DNA from: an uncultured Melioribacteraceae bacterium
GTDB taxonomy: Bacteria > Bacteroidota > Ignavibacteria > Ignavibacteriales > Melioribacteraceae
Reading direction: 5' to 3'
DNA: 43,545 nt
Assembly (NCBI GenBank): GCA_964639525.1
Contig: CAZXDS010000002.1
Coordinates: forward strand, 1-43,545
A model generated the notes under the pieces. It ran no database searches, was not told the origin of the DNA, and was given only the letters and a program-made list of their open reading frames with translations. A program made the position numbers and the translations under genes. Positions 16,377 to 24,626 of this stretch are shown piece by piece; within the stretch, counting starts at the first letter, position 1; each line of letters begins with the position of its first letter.

Positions 16377-18757
16377 TTATCTCCGATTGTTGTTTCGAAC
16401 AATTTTAATATTCTGCCATATTCGTCCGTCCAACTGCTTGGGCGTTTGAAGCCATGTCGTTCAACAGGAAAAACTGCAAGCTCCCAATTTTTTTTACCAA
16501 GTTCAATAAGCCTTTGACTTAAACGCACTATATCCTGAAAGTGAACATTGTCATCAGCCATTCCGTGGCACATCAATAAATTCCCGCGCAAGCCTTCGGC
16601 AAAATAAATCGGTGAACTTCTTACGAATGCAAGGCTATCTGTCTGCGGAGTATTTAAAATATTTGCAGTGTAGCCGTGATGATAATGTGCCCAATCGGTA
16701 ACAGAGCGTAAAGCAGCACCGGCTTTAAAAATTCCGGCATCTTTAAACATTGCGAACAATGTAATAAAACCGCCGTAGGAACCTCCGTAAATTCCAATGC
16801 GTGTCGAATCAATTCCATATTTTGAAACTAATAATTTTGCACCGTCAACTTGGTCGGATAAATCTTTGCCTCCCATATTTCTGTAAATTGCGGTACGCCA
16901 ATCTCTTCCGTAACCGGCGCTTCCTCTGTAATCAATGTCAAGAACCGTGTAGCCTTTATCAACCAATAAATTATGAAACATATATTCACGAAAATAACTG
17001 CTCCACCACTTGTGAGCATTTTGTAAATAACCTGCACCGTGAACAAAAATTACTGCAGCATTATTTTTTACTTCCGGTTTAGGTTGATAAAGGCGGGCAT
17101 AAACTTCGGCGCCGTCATTTGCTTTAAATATTATTATTTCAGGGTCCCGCCAAGAATAAGACTTAAATTCATTACTTAATGAATTTGTAATACGAACCAT
17201 TTTTGCTCCGACTTGGTTCTTCATTAAATAAAGCTCCCACGGTTTGTTCGTGTAGGAATAAAGGATAGCAAGATTTTTTTCATCGGGAGATAAAAATACT
17301 TTGTTGTTTCCGATCAATTCGGTTAAACGCTGAACGTGCGAGCCATCCAAATCCATTCTGTAAAATTGTCTATTGCCGGGATGAATAGCATTTGAAGTAA
17401 AGTACCAATGCTTTTTATCTTTTGATAATTTTGGATTATATATTTCAAATTTACCTTTTGTAAGTTGATGCTTCTTGCGAGTTGTAACATCAAAAGTATA
17501 AAGATGTGAATAACCGGATTTTTCGGATTGAAAATAAATAGTTTCATTATCACCAAGCCAGCCAAGAACTCCGGTGCTGCCGTTCCAAGAAAATATTCCC
17601 GGTCCGCCGATCCATGCTTCGTCGTGCTGCCAATCGAGATTTTTAAGTTTTCCTGTTTCCGGATTCAACAGCATTATCCATCTGTCTTTGTTGTCAATTG
17701 AACGTACAACTACAACCGCTTTGCTGCCGTCAGTATTCCATACAGGTCCATTAATAATTACTTTACGTGTTTTGCTTGTGTCGATTGCAGCAGCAAAATT
17801 TTTATATTCAAAAATGTATTTGGGATATTTTTTAATTCCCGGAATATTTTTTGACAAAACATATTTTACGGTATTTTGCTTTATGCTAAAAATTCCGAAT
17901 TTGTATTTTGCCTGCGAACTCCCTACAAGTGGATATGCTTTGCCGGTTTCGGTATATCCGCTTTCCGTAACATATTTCGGGATTGTTGTTCTCTTGGCAT
18001 TTTTCGGATATTTTACAAGTAGAAATGTTATGAAATCTCCCTTGGGTGAAACTACAATATTTCTAAATGAATAGTTTTCGCTGCAAATTTTAAGAGGCTG
18101 TTTGCTCCCAAACTTATTTTTATCAGCTTTTTGTTTGTCTCGTTTTTCTTTCTGCTCCCTTACTGATTTGAATAAATTTAATTGTTCATCTTTTAAAAAC
18201 TTCTGCTGTAATGTTAATTTTTTCTTTCGCGAAGCATTTTCTTTTACAAAATTTGTGAGCTGTTCTGTAACTCCGTTTGCTAAATTTAATTTGAATACAT
18301 TGTTATTCAGAATATAACAAATTTCATTTTCATCTAATAAAAAAGTCGGGTTGTATTCTCGGGCGAGTGTTTTTGTAAGCCGTAAATTCTTTCCCGATAA
18401 AATATCCAACAGAAAAATATCACCGTTTTTTGTGTAAACTTTTTTTGTCCGTGCTTGGTTGTAACTGCCGTATTGCGAAGGAATATTTTCACGGTTCTTA
18501 ATAAAAACTTTGTGCGGAATTGTTTCACCGATGTTTACCGAGTACAGAGAATCGTCATTTTTATTTCCCGGGTTCCAATCAAAATAAACTGTTTTGCTGT
18601 CTTCTGACCAAAATACATTTGAAGGTAAATTCCCAATCCAGCTTGCATCCCGCATTATTCTGGATACGGTTAATACTTTTAATGAATCGGTTTTTTGGCA
18701 AAACAATGTGCTTGCTGCAATTAGAAATATTAAAACAATTTGAAATCTAAACTTCAT
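16373..18757 (-). CDS. S9 family serine peptidase (DPP IV / prolyl oligopeptidase-like)
   Basis: The C-terminal alpha/beta hydrolase has the nucleophile elbow IYGGSYGGF and later MCHGMADDNV and ERHGF. The long N-terminal region is beta-propeller-like. I take the ATG at 18757 (MKFRFQIVLIFLIAAS signal, GGGGGA SD) rather than the TTG at 18799. Confidence 0.85.
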   Translation of the reverse strand: MKFRFQIVLIFLIAASTLFCQKTDSLKVLTVSRIMRDASWIGNLPSNVFWSEDSKTVYFDWNPGNKNDDSLYSVNIGETIPHKVFIKNRENIPSQYGSYNQARTKKVYTKNGDIFLLDILSGKNLRLTKTLAREYNPTFLLDENEICYILNNNVFKLNLANGVTEQLTNFVKENASRKKKLTLQQKFLKDEQLNLFKSVREQKEKRDKQKADKNKFGSKQPLKICSENYSFRNIVVSPKGDFITFLLVKYPKNAKRTTIPKYVTESGYTETGKAYPLVGSSQAKYKFGIFSIKQNTVKYVLSKNIPGIKKYPKYIFEYKNFAAAIDTSKTRKVIINGPVWNTDGSKAVVVVRSIDNKDRWIMLLNPETGKLKNLDWQHDEAWIGGPGIFSWNGSTGVLGWLGDNETIYFQSEKSGYSHLYTFDVTTRKKHQLTKGKFEIYNPKLSKDKKHWYFTSNAIHPGNRQFYRMDLDGSHVQRLTELIGNNKVFLSPDEKNLAILYSYTNKPWELYLMKNQVGAKMVRITNSLSNEFKSYSWRDPEIIIFKANDGAEVYARLYQPKPEVKNNAAVIFVHGAGYLQNAHKWWSSYFREYMFHNLLVDKGYTVLDIDYRGSAGYGRDWRTAIYRNMGGKDLSDQVDGAKLLVSKYGIDSTRIGIYGGSYGGFITLFAMFKDAGIFKAGAALRSVTDWAHYHHGYTANILNTPQTDSLAFVRSSPIYFAEGLRGNLLMCHGMADDNVHFQDIVRLSQRLIELGKKNWELAVFPVERHGFKRPSSWTDEYGRILKLFETTIGDN

Positions 18758-18826
18758 TTTTCCCCCGATATGTGTTAACCAAAGAACAATTATATTCAAA
18801 TATAAAACATTTAAAAATCAAAAATA

Positions 18827-19597
18827 TTATTTTTTATTAGCAGAAGGGATCTCTAAAAACCGCTTTAAAAACGCCTTAACCGGTCTCCAGTTTTTTGCAT
18901 CATCCAAAAGAATGGAAGAACCGTGTCTTCCTATTGTAGGAACATAAAATAATTTTTCTTTAGAAGGGATATTTTCAAAAATTGGTTTTGAGCGAGGTGA
19001 TTCCGTAGCCCCGCAAGCAATAAAAATCGGAAGGTTTTTTATTTTGCCCGCCCACTCGGCAACAATTCCTTTTTGTCCGTCAATATATTCTCCCGGTGAA
19101 AATGAAAGTACTCCGGCAATTTTATCAGCGTGTTCGGAAGCAAACTTTAAGACTAAAACGGAAGAAAAAGAAGAACCCCAAATTATAATTTTTCCTGTAT
19201 AGCCTTGTTCTTTAACGTAATCATAAGCAGAAAGTAAATCAGGATAAGCGGCAAGAAAGTTTCTACCGACATCAGGAGAATTTTTTGAAGTCTCATTTTC
19301 AACACTGTTCCAATAATCAGTTCCTCCTGCTCTTGTGTCAAAAGCAAAACAGTTAAAGCCCATTGCTGTAAGTACCGGAGCAATATCTCTGTATTCCCCT
19401 CGGCTCGCTTTAAATTGGTGAAACAGTAAAATTGCCGGTGCCGATTTATTATCAGCGGAATAAAAATCTGCCGTTATTCTTACGCTGTCTCTTCCCGTAA
19501 AATTTATCGTTGTATATTCCTGCGGTTGTGCAGTTACAATTATTGATGATAGAAAAAATATAAGAATCAATGAATTTATTGCGAACAGTTTTTTCAT
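18827..19597 (-). CDS. Secreted alpha/beta hydrolase (dienelactone-hydrolase-like)
   Basis: 256 aa with a signal peptide. Nucleophile elbow IIWGSSFSS. PAILLFHQ oxyanion-like region. C-terminal GRHGS. Confidence 0.7.
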   Translation of the reverse strand: MKKLFAINSLILIFFLSSIIVTAQPQEYTTINFTGRDSVRITADFYSADNKSAPAILLFHQFKASRGEYRDIAPVLTAMGFNCFAFDTRAGGTDYWNSVENETSKNSPDVGRNFLAAYPDLLSAYDYVKEQGYTGKIIIWGSSFSSVLVLKFASEHADKIAGVLSFSPGEYIDGQKGIVAEWAGKIKNLPIFIACGATESPRSKPIFENIPSKEKLFYVPTIGRHGSSILLDDAKNWRPVKAFLKRFLEIPSANKK

Positions 19598-19689
19598 AAT
19601 AGCCTCTTTTTATAATGCAGTAATTCCGGCAAAAATAACAATAAACTGCTAATACAACAAATGATAAATTATCGAAAACCGAAGAATAA

Positions 19690-19712
19690 ACCGATTCGAA
19701 AGTCGGTTCTAC
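19690..19712 (-). repeat. Solitary GTAG-headed palindrome (REP-like)
   Basis: The plus strand reads ACCGATT-CGAA-AGTCGGTTCTAC. The minus strand reads GTAGAACCGACTTTCGAATCGGT and shares the 17-mer TTGTAGAACCGACTTTC with the copies at 6113 and 6246. Confidence 0.6.
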
Positions 19713-19765
19713 AAATATTTATCGGTATTTTTCAATAATTAATTTCCTAACTTATTGTAGGTACA

Positions 19766-20377
19766 ATGAAATTTTCAGCTATTGTTTTTGACCTTGGGAA
19801 TGTTTTAATTCCTTTTGATTACGATATTATTCTTAATAAACTCAACAAATTAAAATTCGGTTTGGGCGACAGATTTGCCAAGCGTTACAAAACGGATTAT
19901 TCCGTTCATCGAAAATTTGAAACTTGGGAATTGAGTGATGATGAATTTTTAAATATCATGATGGAATGGACAGAAAACGCTTTATCCAAAAATGAATTTT
20001 GCAAACTCTACTCAAATATTTTTAAAGTGAATAATGATGTTGCGGCACTGCTTCCAAAATTAAAAAAGAATTACAAGCTTGTACTTTTATCGAACACAAA
20101 CAGTATTCACCAAAAATACGGTTGGGAAAAATATGATTTTTTACAATATTTTGATAAACTGATTCTTTCACACGAAATTGGTGCAGTTAAGCCGGATGCG
20201 AAAATATACAAAGCTGTGGAAGAGTTTACAAAACTTCCTTCTGCCGAACATTTGTTTATTGACGATGTTGATGAATACGTTCAAGGTGCAAAAAATATGG
20301 GTTGGGATGCTGTGCAGTTTACGGGCTTTAATAATTTGTTGAAAGATTTTAAAATCAGAAATATTATTTATGAGTAA
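19766..20377 (+). CDS. HAD superfamily hydrolase (YihX-like, subfamily IA)
   Basis: 203 aa. Motif I IVFDLGNVL, motif II LLSNTN, motif IV FIDDVDEYVQGA. Confidence 0.8.
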   Translation: MKFSAIVFDLGNVLIPFDYDIILNKLNKLKFGLGDRFAKRYKTDYSVHRKFETWELSDDEFLNIMMEWTENALSKNEFCKLYSNIFKVNNDVAALLPKLKKNYKLVLLSNTNSIHQKYGWEKYDFLQYFDKLILSHEIGAVKPDAKIYKAVEEFTKLPSAEHLFIDDVDEYVQGAKNMGWDAVQFTGFNNLLKDFKIRNIIYE

Positions 20378-20410
20378 AAATTCAGTTCTAATTTTAAGCA
20401 GGTAAGTGTA

Positions 20411-20890
20411 TTAATTGCTGAAATAAAGTATTGTTCTATCATAAGTAATATTTGTATCTTCGTAGTAAAACTCACCGATTTCAAAAGTAACCCACTCGTT
20501 TTTTGGAGCGTGAATTTCCATATCATAATCATAAATATCATTAAAAATAAAATCGGAAATGTCATCTTCAATAGGCATTATTAGTATCTGTTTGTTGGAA
20601 AAAGTCAGCCGAATATCTAAAGGAATAGCCGCATCAATCTTCGATTTACGCAGAGCTATTTTGAATTTTAATTCATAAATTAAGTAATGATAATGAATTT
20701 CCACGTATTCAATTTTCTTAGTAACAGGGTTGAAATTTTCATTTGAAGTGCCGCTAACTGAATTAACAAAATAAGCATTTGCCGATATTATAGAAACTTT
20801 TGGAATTACAGTATCAGCAAAATCCTGAGCATGCAATTGATGCAAGTTCACAAATAAAAAAATGATTAATATTTGTTTAATAAATTTCAA
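20411..20890 (-). CDS. Hypothetical secreted protein
   Basis: 159 aa with the signal peptide MKFIKQILIIFLFVNLHQLHA-QD. No motif recognised. Last gene of a tight three-gene minus-strand block. Confidence 0.5.
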   Translation of the reverse strand: MKFIKQILIIFLFVNLHQLHAQDFADTVIPKVSIISANAYFVNSVSGTSNENFNPVTKKIEYVEIHYHYLIYELKFKIALRKSKIDAAIPLDIRLTFSNKQILIMPIEDDISDFIFNDIYDYDMEIHAPKNEWVTFEIGEFYYEDTNITYDRTILYFSN

Positions 20891-20914
20891 AATATATCAA
20901 TATTTAATTAAGTA

Positions 20915-21256
20915 TCATTCGTTGTTAATCCATTCTTTCCAAATTTCCGGTTCGTAGCCGATTGTAACTTTGCCGCCATTTCTTACTATCGGTGTTTTAA
21001 AAAGAAGCGGGTCTTCCAACAATTCTTCCTCCGCTTCAAAAACCATATAAGCTAAATTTCTTTTCTTAAATTGTTTGCCGGTTTTATCAATTAATTCATC
21101 AATATCAAAAACTCTTTTAATATTGTCAAGCTCTCCTTTGCTGATTCCCTTTTCAGCCAAATCACGAAAATGAAACTTGATATTTCTTTCTTTAAAAAAT
21201 CGTTCTGCTTTTTTTGTATCGCTTGACTTTTTAGTTCCGGAAATTTGAATATTCAT
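20915..21256 (-). CDS. ArsC/Spx/YffB-family protein lacking the redox cysteines
   Basis: 113 aa. The N-terminal ISGTKKSSDTKKAERFFKERNIKF aligns with the C-x-x-C region of Spx-type proteins, but Ser and Thr replace the Cys residues. The C-terminal KTPIVRNGGKVTIGYEPEIW matches the family. Confidence 0.6.
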   Translation of the reverse strand: MNIQISGTKKSSDTKKAERFFKERNIKFHFRDLAEKGISKGELDNIKRVFDIDELIDKTGKQFKKRNLAYMVFEAEEELLEDPLLFKTPIVRNGGKVTIGYEPEIWKEWINNE

Positions 21257-21270
21257 AGTTTCCTATAATT

Positions 21271-21792
21271 CTATTGTGGAATTTTTATTATCCATTTTGC
21301 GATTGCATTCACTGATTTATCAAAAAAATCACTTCTGTCAAGCAGTTCACTTTTTTCCTTAGTTGCACTTTCAAAACCAACGGCTACAAAGTAAGTCGCC
21401 TTGTCAAAATAGTTATTCATTTTTTGATAAAATTCCAATGCGAGATGTAACTCAAGACTGCTGTTTATCAAACCCTGTTCAATTAAGTAACTCCAAATAA
21501 CAGCTCGTGAAAGAACAAAGGCATAAATTACTTCACTTATATGCAGACCTTCGTTGGCTCTCTCTCTGCCGAGTGCAATAAAATGTTCGGCAGATTTTTT
21601 ATACTTCGGATCTTCGTCAGATAACCATTTGTCAAGTCTTCTATAAACATCGTAAACTCTTGAAGTAAGAATTTTATCTTCAATTTTCGCATAGCCTGCT
21701 GTAGCAGGATTGCTTTTCACTTCTAAAAGCCAACGCTGAGTAAGATATTCAGCGTGCTCTTCTACTAATTTTGTAAATTTGTGGTATAACAT
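21271..21792 (-). CDS. Hypothetical all-alpha protein (possible RsbR-N / globin-like sensor fold)
   Basis: 173-aa ORF. The N-terminal EEHAEYLTQRWLLEVKSNP resembles RsbRD_N-type domains. This is a weak, by-eye assignment. Confidence 0.4.
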   Translation of the reverse strand: MLYHKFTKLVEEHAEYLTQRWLLEVKSNPATAGYAKIEDKILTSRVYDVYRRLDKWLSDEDPKYKKSAEHFIALGRERANEGLHISEVIYAFVLSRAVIWSYLIEQGLINSSLELHLALEFYQKMNNYFDKATYFVAVGFESATKEKSELLDRSDFFDKSVNAIAKWIIKIPQ

Positions 21793-22033
21793 TTAAACCT
21801 CCCAAGTTTATTAAATAAGTCATTATTTAATTTTCGATTATATATACTTTTATATTTTAAAATATAATATTCGATATTTTTAGCGGGAGTAATTATCAGC
21901 AATAATTTTTTGATTTAGCATTGCTGAATTCTTTTTACGCTCTATTTCTCTTACTTTATTAGAAACTTTAAGTTCCTAAAATTATGATAATAATAATGTT
22001 TGAGAAATGTTTTTTCTAATCAAGTAAATAGTA

Positions 22034-22061
22034 TAAAAAAGCCTCCGAATTATGAAGGCTC
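22034..22061 (-). terminator. Rho-independent terminator of serC
   Basis: The minus strand reads AGCCTTC-ATAATTC-GGAGGCT (one G-U pair) followed by TTTTTT. It lies 13 nt downstream of the serC stop. Confidence 0.6.
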
Positions 22062-22073
22062 TTTAGAATTTAA

Positions 22074-23153
22074 CTAATTATTTTTCTTAAAATCATCAAG
22101 AAATTGAACTAATGTTGCAACTCCTTCTTTGGGGAAAGCATTGTAAATAGATGCTCTCAAGCCGCCGACAGAACGATGCCCTTTTAATCCTGCAAATCCT
22201 TTTTCCAATGAGGCTGCAATTAGTTTCTTTTCTAATTCTTCACTTGCCAAATTAAATGTAACATTCATCAGCGAACGATCTTCTTTTGCAGCAGCACCCT
22301 TGTAATAGCCGTTGCTGTTATCAATGTAGTTGTACAATAAATCTGCCTTATCAACATTCATTTTATACATTGCATCCAAACCACCGTTACGCAAAAGCCA
22401 TTTGTAAACCAAGCCGATAATATAAACCGAATATGCCGGAGGTGTATTGTACATTGATTTTTTATCGGAATGAATTTTATAATTTAGGTAAGTATGATTT
22501 TCATCCGTGCAGCGTTCAAGCATATCGTTTCGGATAATTACAAGCGTAGCACCGGCGGGACCCATGTTTTTTTGAGCGCCTGCATAAATTAAAGCAAACT
22601 TGCTTACGTCAAATTTATTGTGCAGCATATCAGAAGAAGTATCGCACACTAAAGGCACATTTCCAACTTCGGGTATGTAGTGGAATTCCGTACCGAAAAT
22701 TGTGTTGTTTGAAGTGTAATGAACATAAGATGCTTCCGGGTCAAGCTGTAATTCGTTCTGTTTTGGAATACGTGAAAAATTGTCATTTTCACTTGTGGCT
22801 GCTACATTCACAGTTCCAACGCGTTTTGCTTCTTTAATTGCTTTTTTTGACCACGCTCCGGTGTTGATGTAGTCAGCTTTCCCACGCATAATATTTAATG
22901 GAATCATTGAAAATTGCAGAGTAGCTCCGCCCTGAAGAAAAAGTATTTGGTAATTATCGGGAATGCTTAATAGGGTTCTTAAATCATTTTTTGCTCCTTC
23001 AAAAATATCATCATAAACTTTTGATCTGTGGCTCATTTCCATTACCGATAATCCATGACCTTTGTAGTTGAGCATATCTTCCTGAGCTTCTTTCAAAACT
23101 TCTACGGGAAGAACAGCCGGGCCTGCGCTGAAATTATAAATTCTGTTTTCCAT
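22074..23153 (-). CDS. serC: Phosphoserine aminotransferase
   Basis: 359 aa. N-terminal NFSAGPAVLP and the PLP-lysine region YAGAQKNMGPAG. Confidence 0.93.
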   Translation of the reverse strand: MENRIYNFSAGPAVLPVEVLKEAQEDMLNYKGHGLSVMEMSHRSKVYDDIFEGAKNDLRTLLSIPDNYQILFLQGGATLQFSMIPLNIMRGKADYINTGAWSKKAIKEAKRVGTVNVAATSENDNFSRIPKQNELQLDPEASYVHYTSNNTIFGTEFHYIPEVGNVPLVCDTSSDMLHNKFDVSKFALIYAGAQKNMGPAGATLVIIRNDMLERCTDENHTYLNYKIHSDKKSMYNTPPAYSVYIIGLVYKWLLRNGGLDAMYKMNVDKADLLYNYIDNSNGYYKGAAAKEDRSLMNVTFNLASEELEKKLIAASLEKGFAGLKGHRSVGGLRASIYNAFPKEGVATLVQFLDDFKKNN

Positions 23154-23215
23154 TATTTTACCTCATTAATTATTTTAATTTAAAACTTTTTATTCTATAC
23201 AATATAAACATTTAA

Positions 23216-24451
23216 TTAAATTACATGCGTAAGTAAGCCGTCTCTTAACTTAGGTTCAAACCAAGTCGATTTCGGTGGCATAACTTCTCCCGCATCGGCA
23301 ATATTGATTAAATCCTGCACTCCAACCGGATACATAGAAAATGCAACTTTTGCTTTGCCATTGTTTACCAATTTTTCCAATTCTTCCGTTCCTCGTATTC
23401 CGCCTATAAAATCAATGTTGTTGTCGGTTCGTGGATCTTTAATTCCCAAAAAGGGATGAAGCAAATAGTTTTGCAGAATTGATGCATCAAGATTATCACC
23501 CACGTTATCGGCATGTTTTACATTTTTATTTGGAGTAAGCAAATACCATTTCCCTTCAAGATACATTTTAATCTCTTTTGGTGCTTGCGGTTCAGGAGAA
23601 TCCGTATTCTCCACATTGAAATTCTTTTTCACTTTTTCAACAAATTCTTCCGAAGTATTTCCATTTAAGTTGAAAACAACTCGATTATATGGGAGAATTT
23701 TTAATTGTTCCGCCGGAAATAAAACAGCGAAGAAATAGTTGTATTCTTCTTCTCCGTTGTGGTTGGGGTTTTTATCCATCATTACTTTTTGTGATCTTCC
23801 CGCACTTGCGGCACGATGATGTCCATCGGCGATATATAAATTTTTAACCTTGCCCATTTCAAATAATAGTATATCATTATAATCTTCGGGCACCATCCAA
23901 ACAGTATGCCGAACTCCATCTTCCGATGTAAAATCGTATAAGGGTTTATTATTATCAATAGTTGTTTGGACAGCATCGTTAATTTCAGGAACATCCTTGT
24001 ATGTTAAAAATACTGCGCCTGTCTGAGCTTCTGTTGTTACAATGTGATTTGTTCTATCGTCTTCTTTTACTTTTCGTGTTTTTTCATGCTTAAGAATTAC
24101 TTCATTATTGTAATCTTGAACCGAAAATGTTGCAGCAATTCCAATTTGTTTTTGTTCTCCCATTATCAATTGATATAGATAAAAATGCGGTATTTCATCT
24201 TGGACTAACGGTGCCGCCTCTCTTATTCTATTAAAATTTTCTTTCGCTTTTTGATATACTGCTGCATCATAAGGGCTAATATTTTCCGGTAATTCAACTT
24301 CGGAACGTGTAATTCGTAAAAAGCTTAGTTCATTGCCAGCAACTAATTCCGCCGCTTCATCACGATTACAAACATCATAAGGCACACTTGCTACGAGTTG
24401 CACTACATTTTGTGCAGGACGCACAGCTTTGAAAGGTCTTATAACCGCCAT
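23216..24451 (-). CDS. DUF1015 family protein
   Basis: Starts MAVIRPFKAVRP and contains YIADGHHRAASA, both typical of DUF1015. The track ORF extends to a TTG at 24523, but I take the ATG at 24451. Adjacent to serC, as is common. Confidence 0.8.
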   Translation of the reverse strand: MAVIRPFKAVRPAQNVVQLVASVPYDVCNRDEAAELVAGNELSFLRITRSEVELPENISPYDAAVYQKAKENFNRIREAAPLVQDEIPHFYLYQLIMGEQKQIGIAATFSVQDYNNEVILKHEKTRKVKEDDRTNHIVTTEAQTGAVFLTYKDVPEINDAVQTTIDNNKPLYDFTSEDGVRHTVWMVPEDYNDILLFEMGKVKNLYIADGHHRAASAGRSQKVMMDKNPNHNGEEEYNYFFAVLFPAEQLKILPYNRVVFNLNGNTSEEFVEKVKKNFNVENTDSPEPQAPKEIKMYLEGKWYLLTPNKNVKHADNVGDNLDASILQNYLLHPFLGIKDPRTDNNIDFIGGIRGTEELEKLVNNGKAKVAFSMYPVGVQDLINIADAGEVMPPKSTWFEPKLRDGLLTHVI

Positions 24452-24575
24452 AATAACTCCTATTTCTTGATTATTTATTCTAATTTCTAAACGAAATATA
24501 AACGAAAAAAGTGATACGCCCAACGTAATTTGGCAGGAACTTTTAGAATAGGAAAGTATTATTTAGAATGGTTTG

Positions 24576-24612
24576 ATAAAATAAAAACTACCCCTGCAAT
24601 TGCCGGGGTAGT
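24576..24612 (-). terminator. Rho-independent terminator of the TlpA-like gene
   Basis: The minus strand reads ACTACCCC-(10-nt loop)-GGGGTAGT followed by TTTTTATTTT. It lies 15 nt downstream of the stop at 24627. Confidence 0.65.
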
Positions 24613-24626
24613 TTAAGTTTTCAAAT

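Noticed and set aside
21851-21866. Perfect 16-bp palindrome TATATTTTAAAATATA as an operator
   Set aside because: Pure A/T palindromes of this size are expected by chance in AT-rich intergenic DNA. I mention it only as context for the downstream operon.
24452-24523. N-terminal 24-aa extension of the DUF1015 ORF from a TTG start
   Set aside because: The extension (GVSLFSFIFRLEIRINNQEIGVI) is not family-like. The conserved DUF1015 N-terminus MAVIRPF starts at the ATG at 24451.
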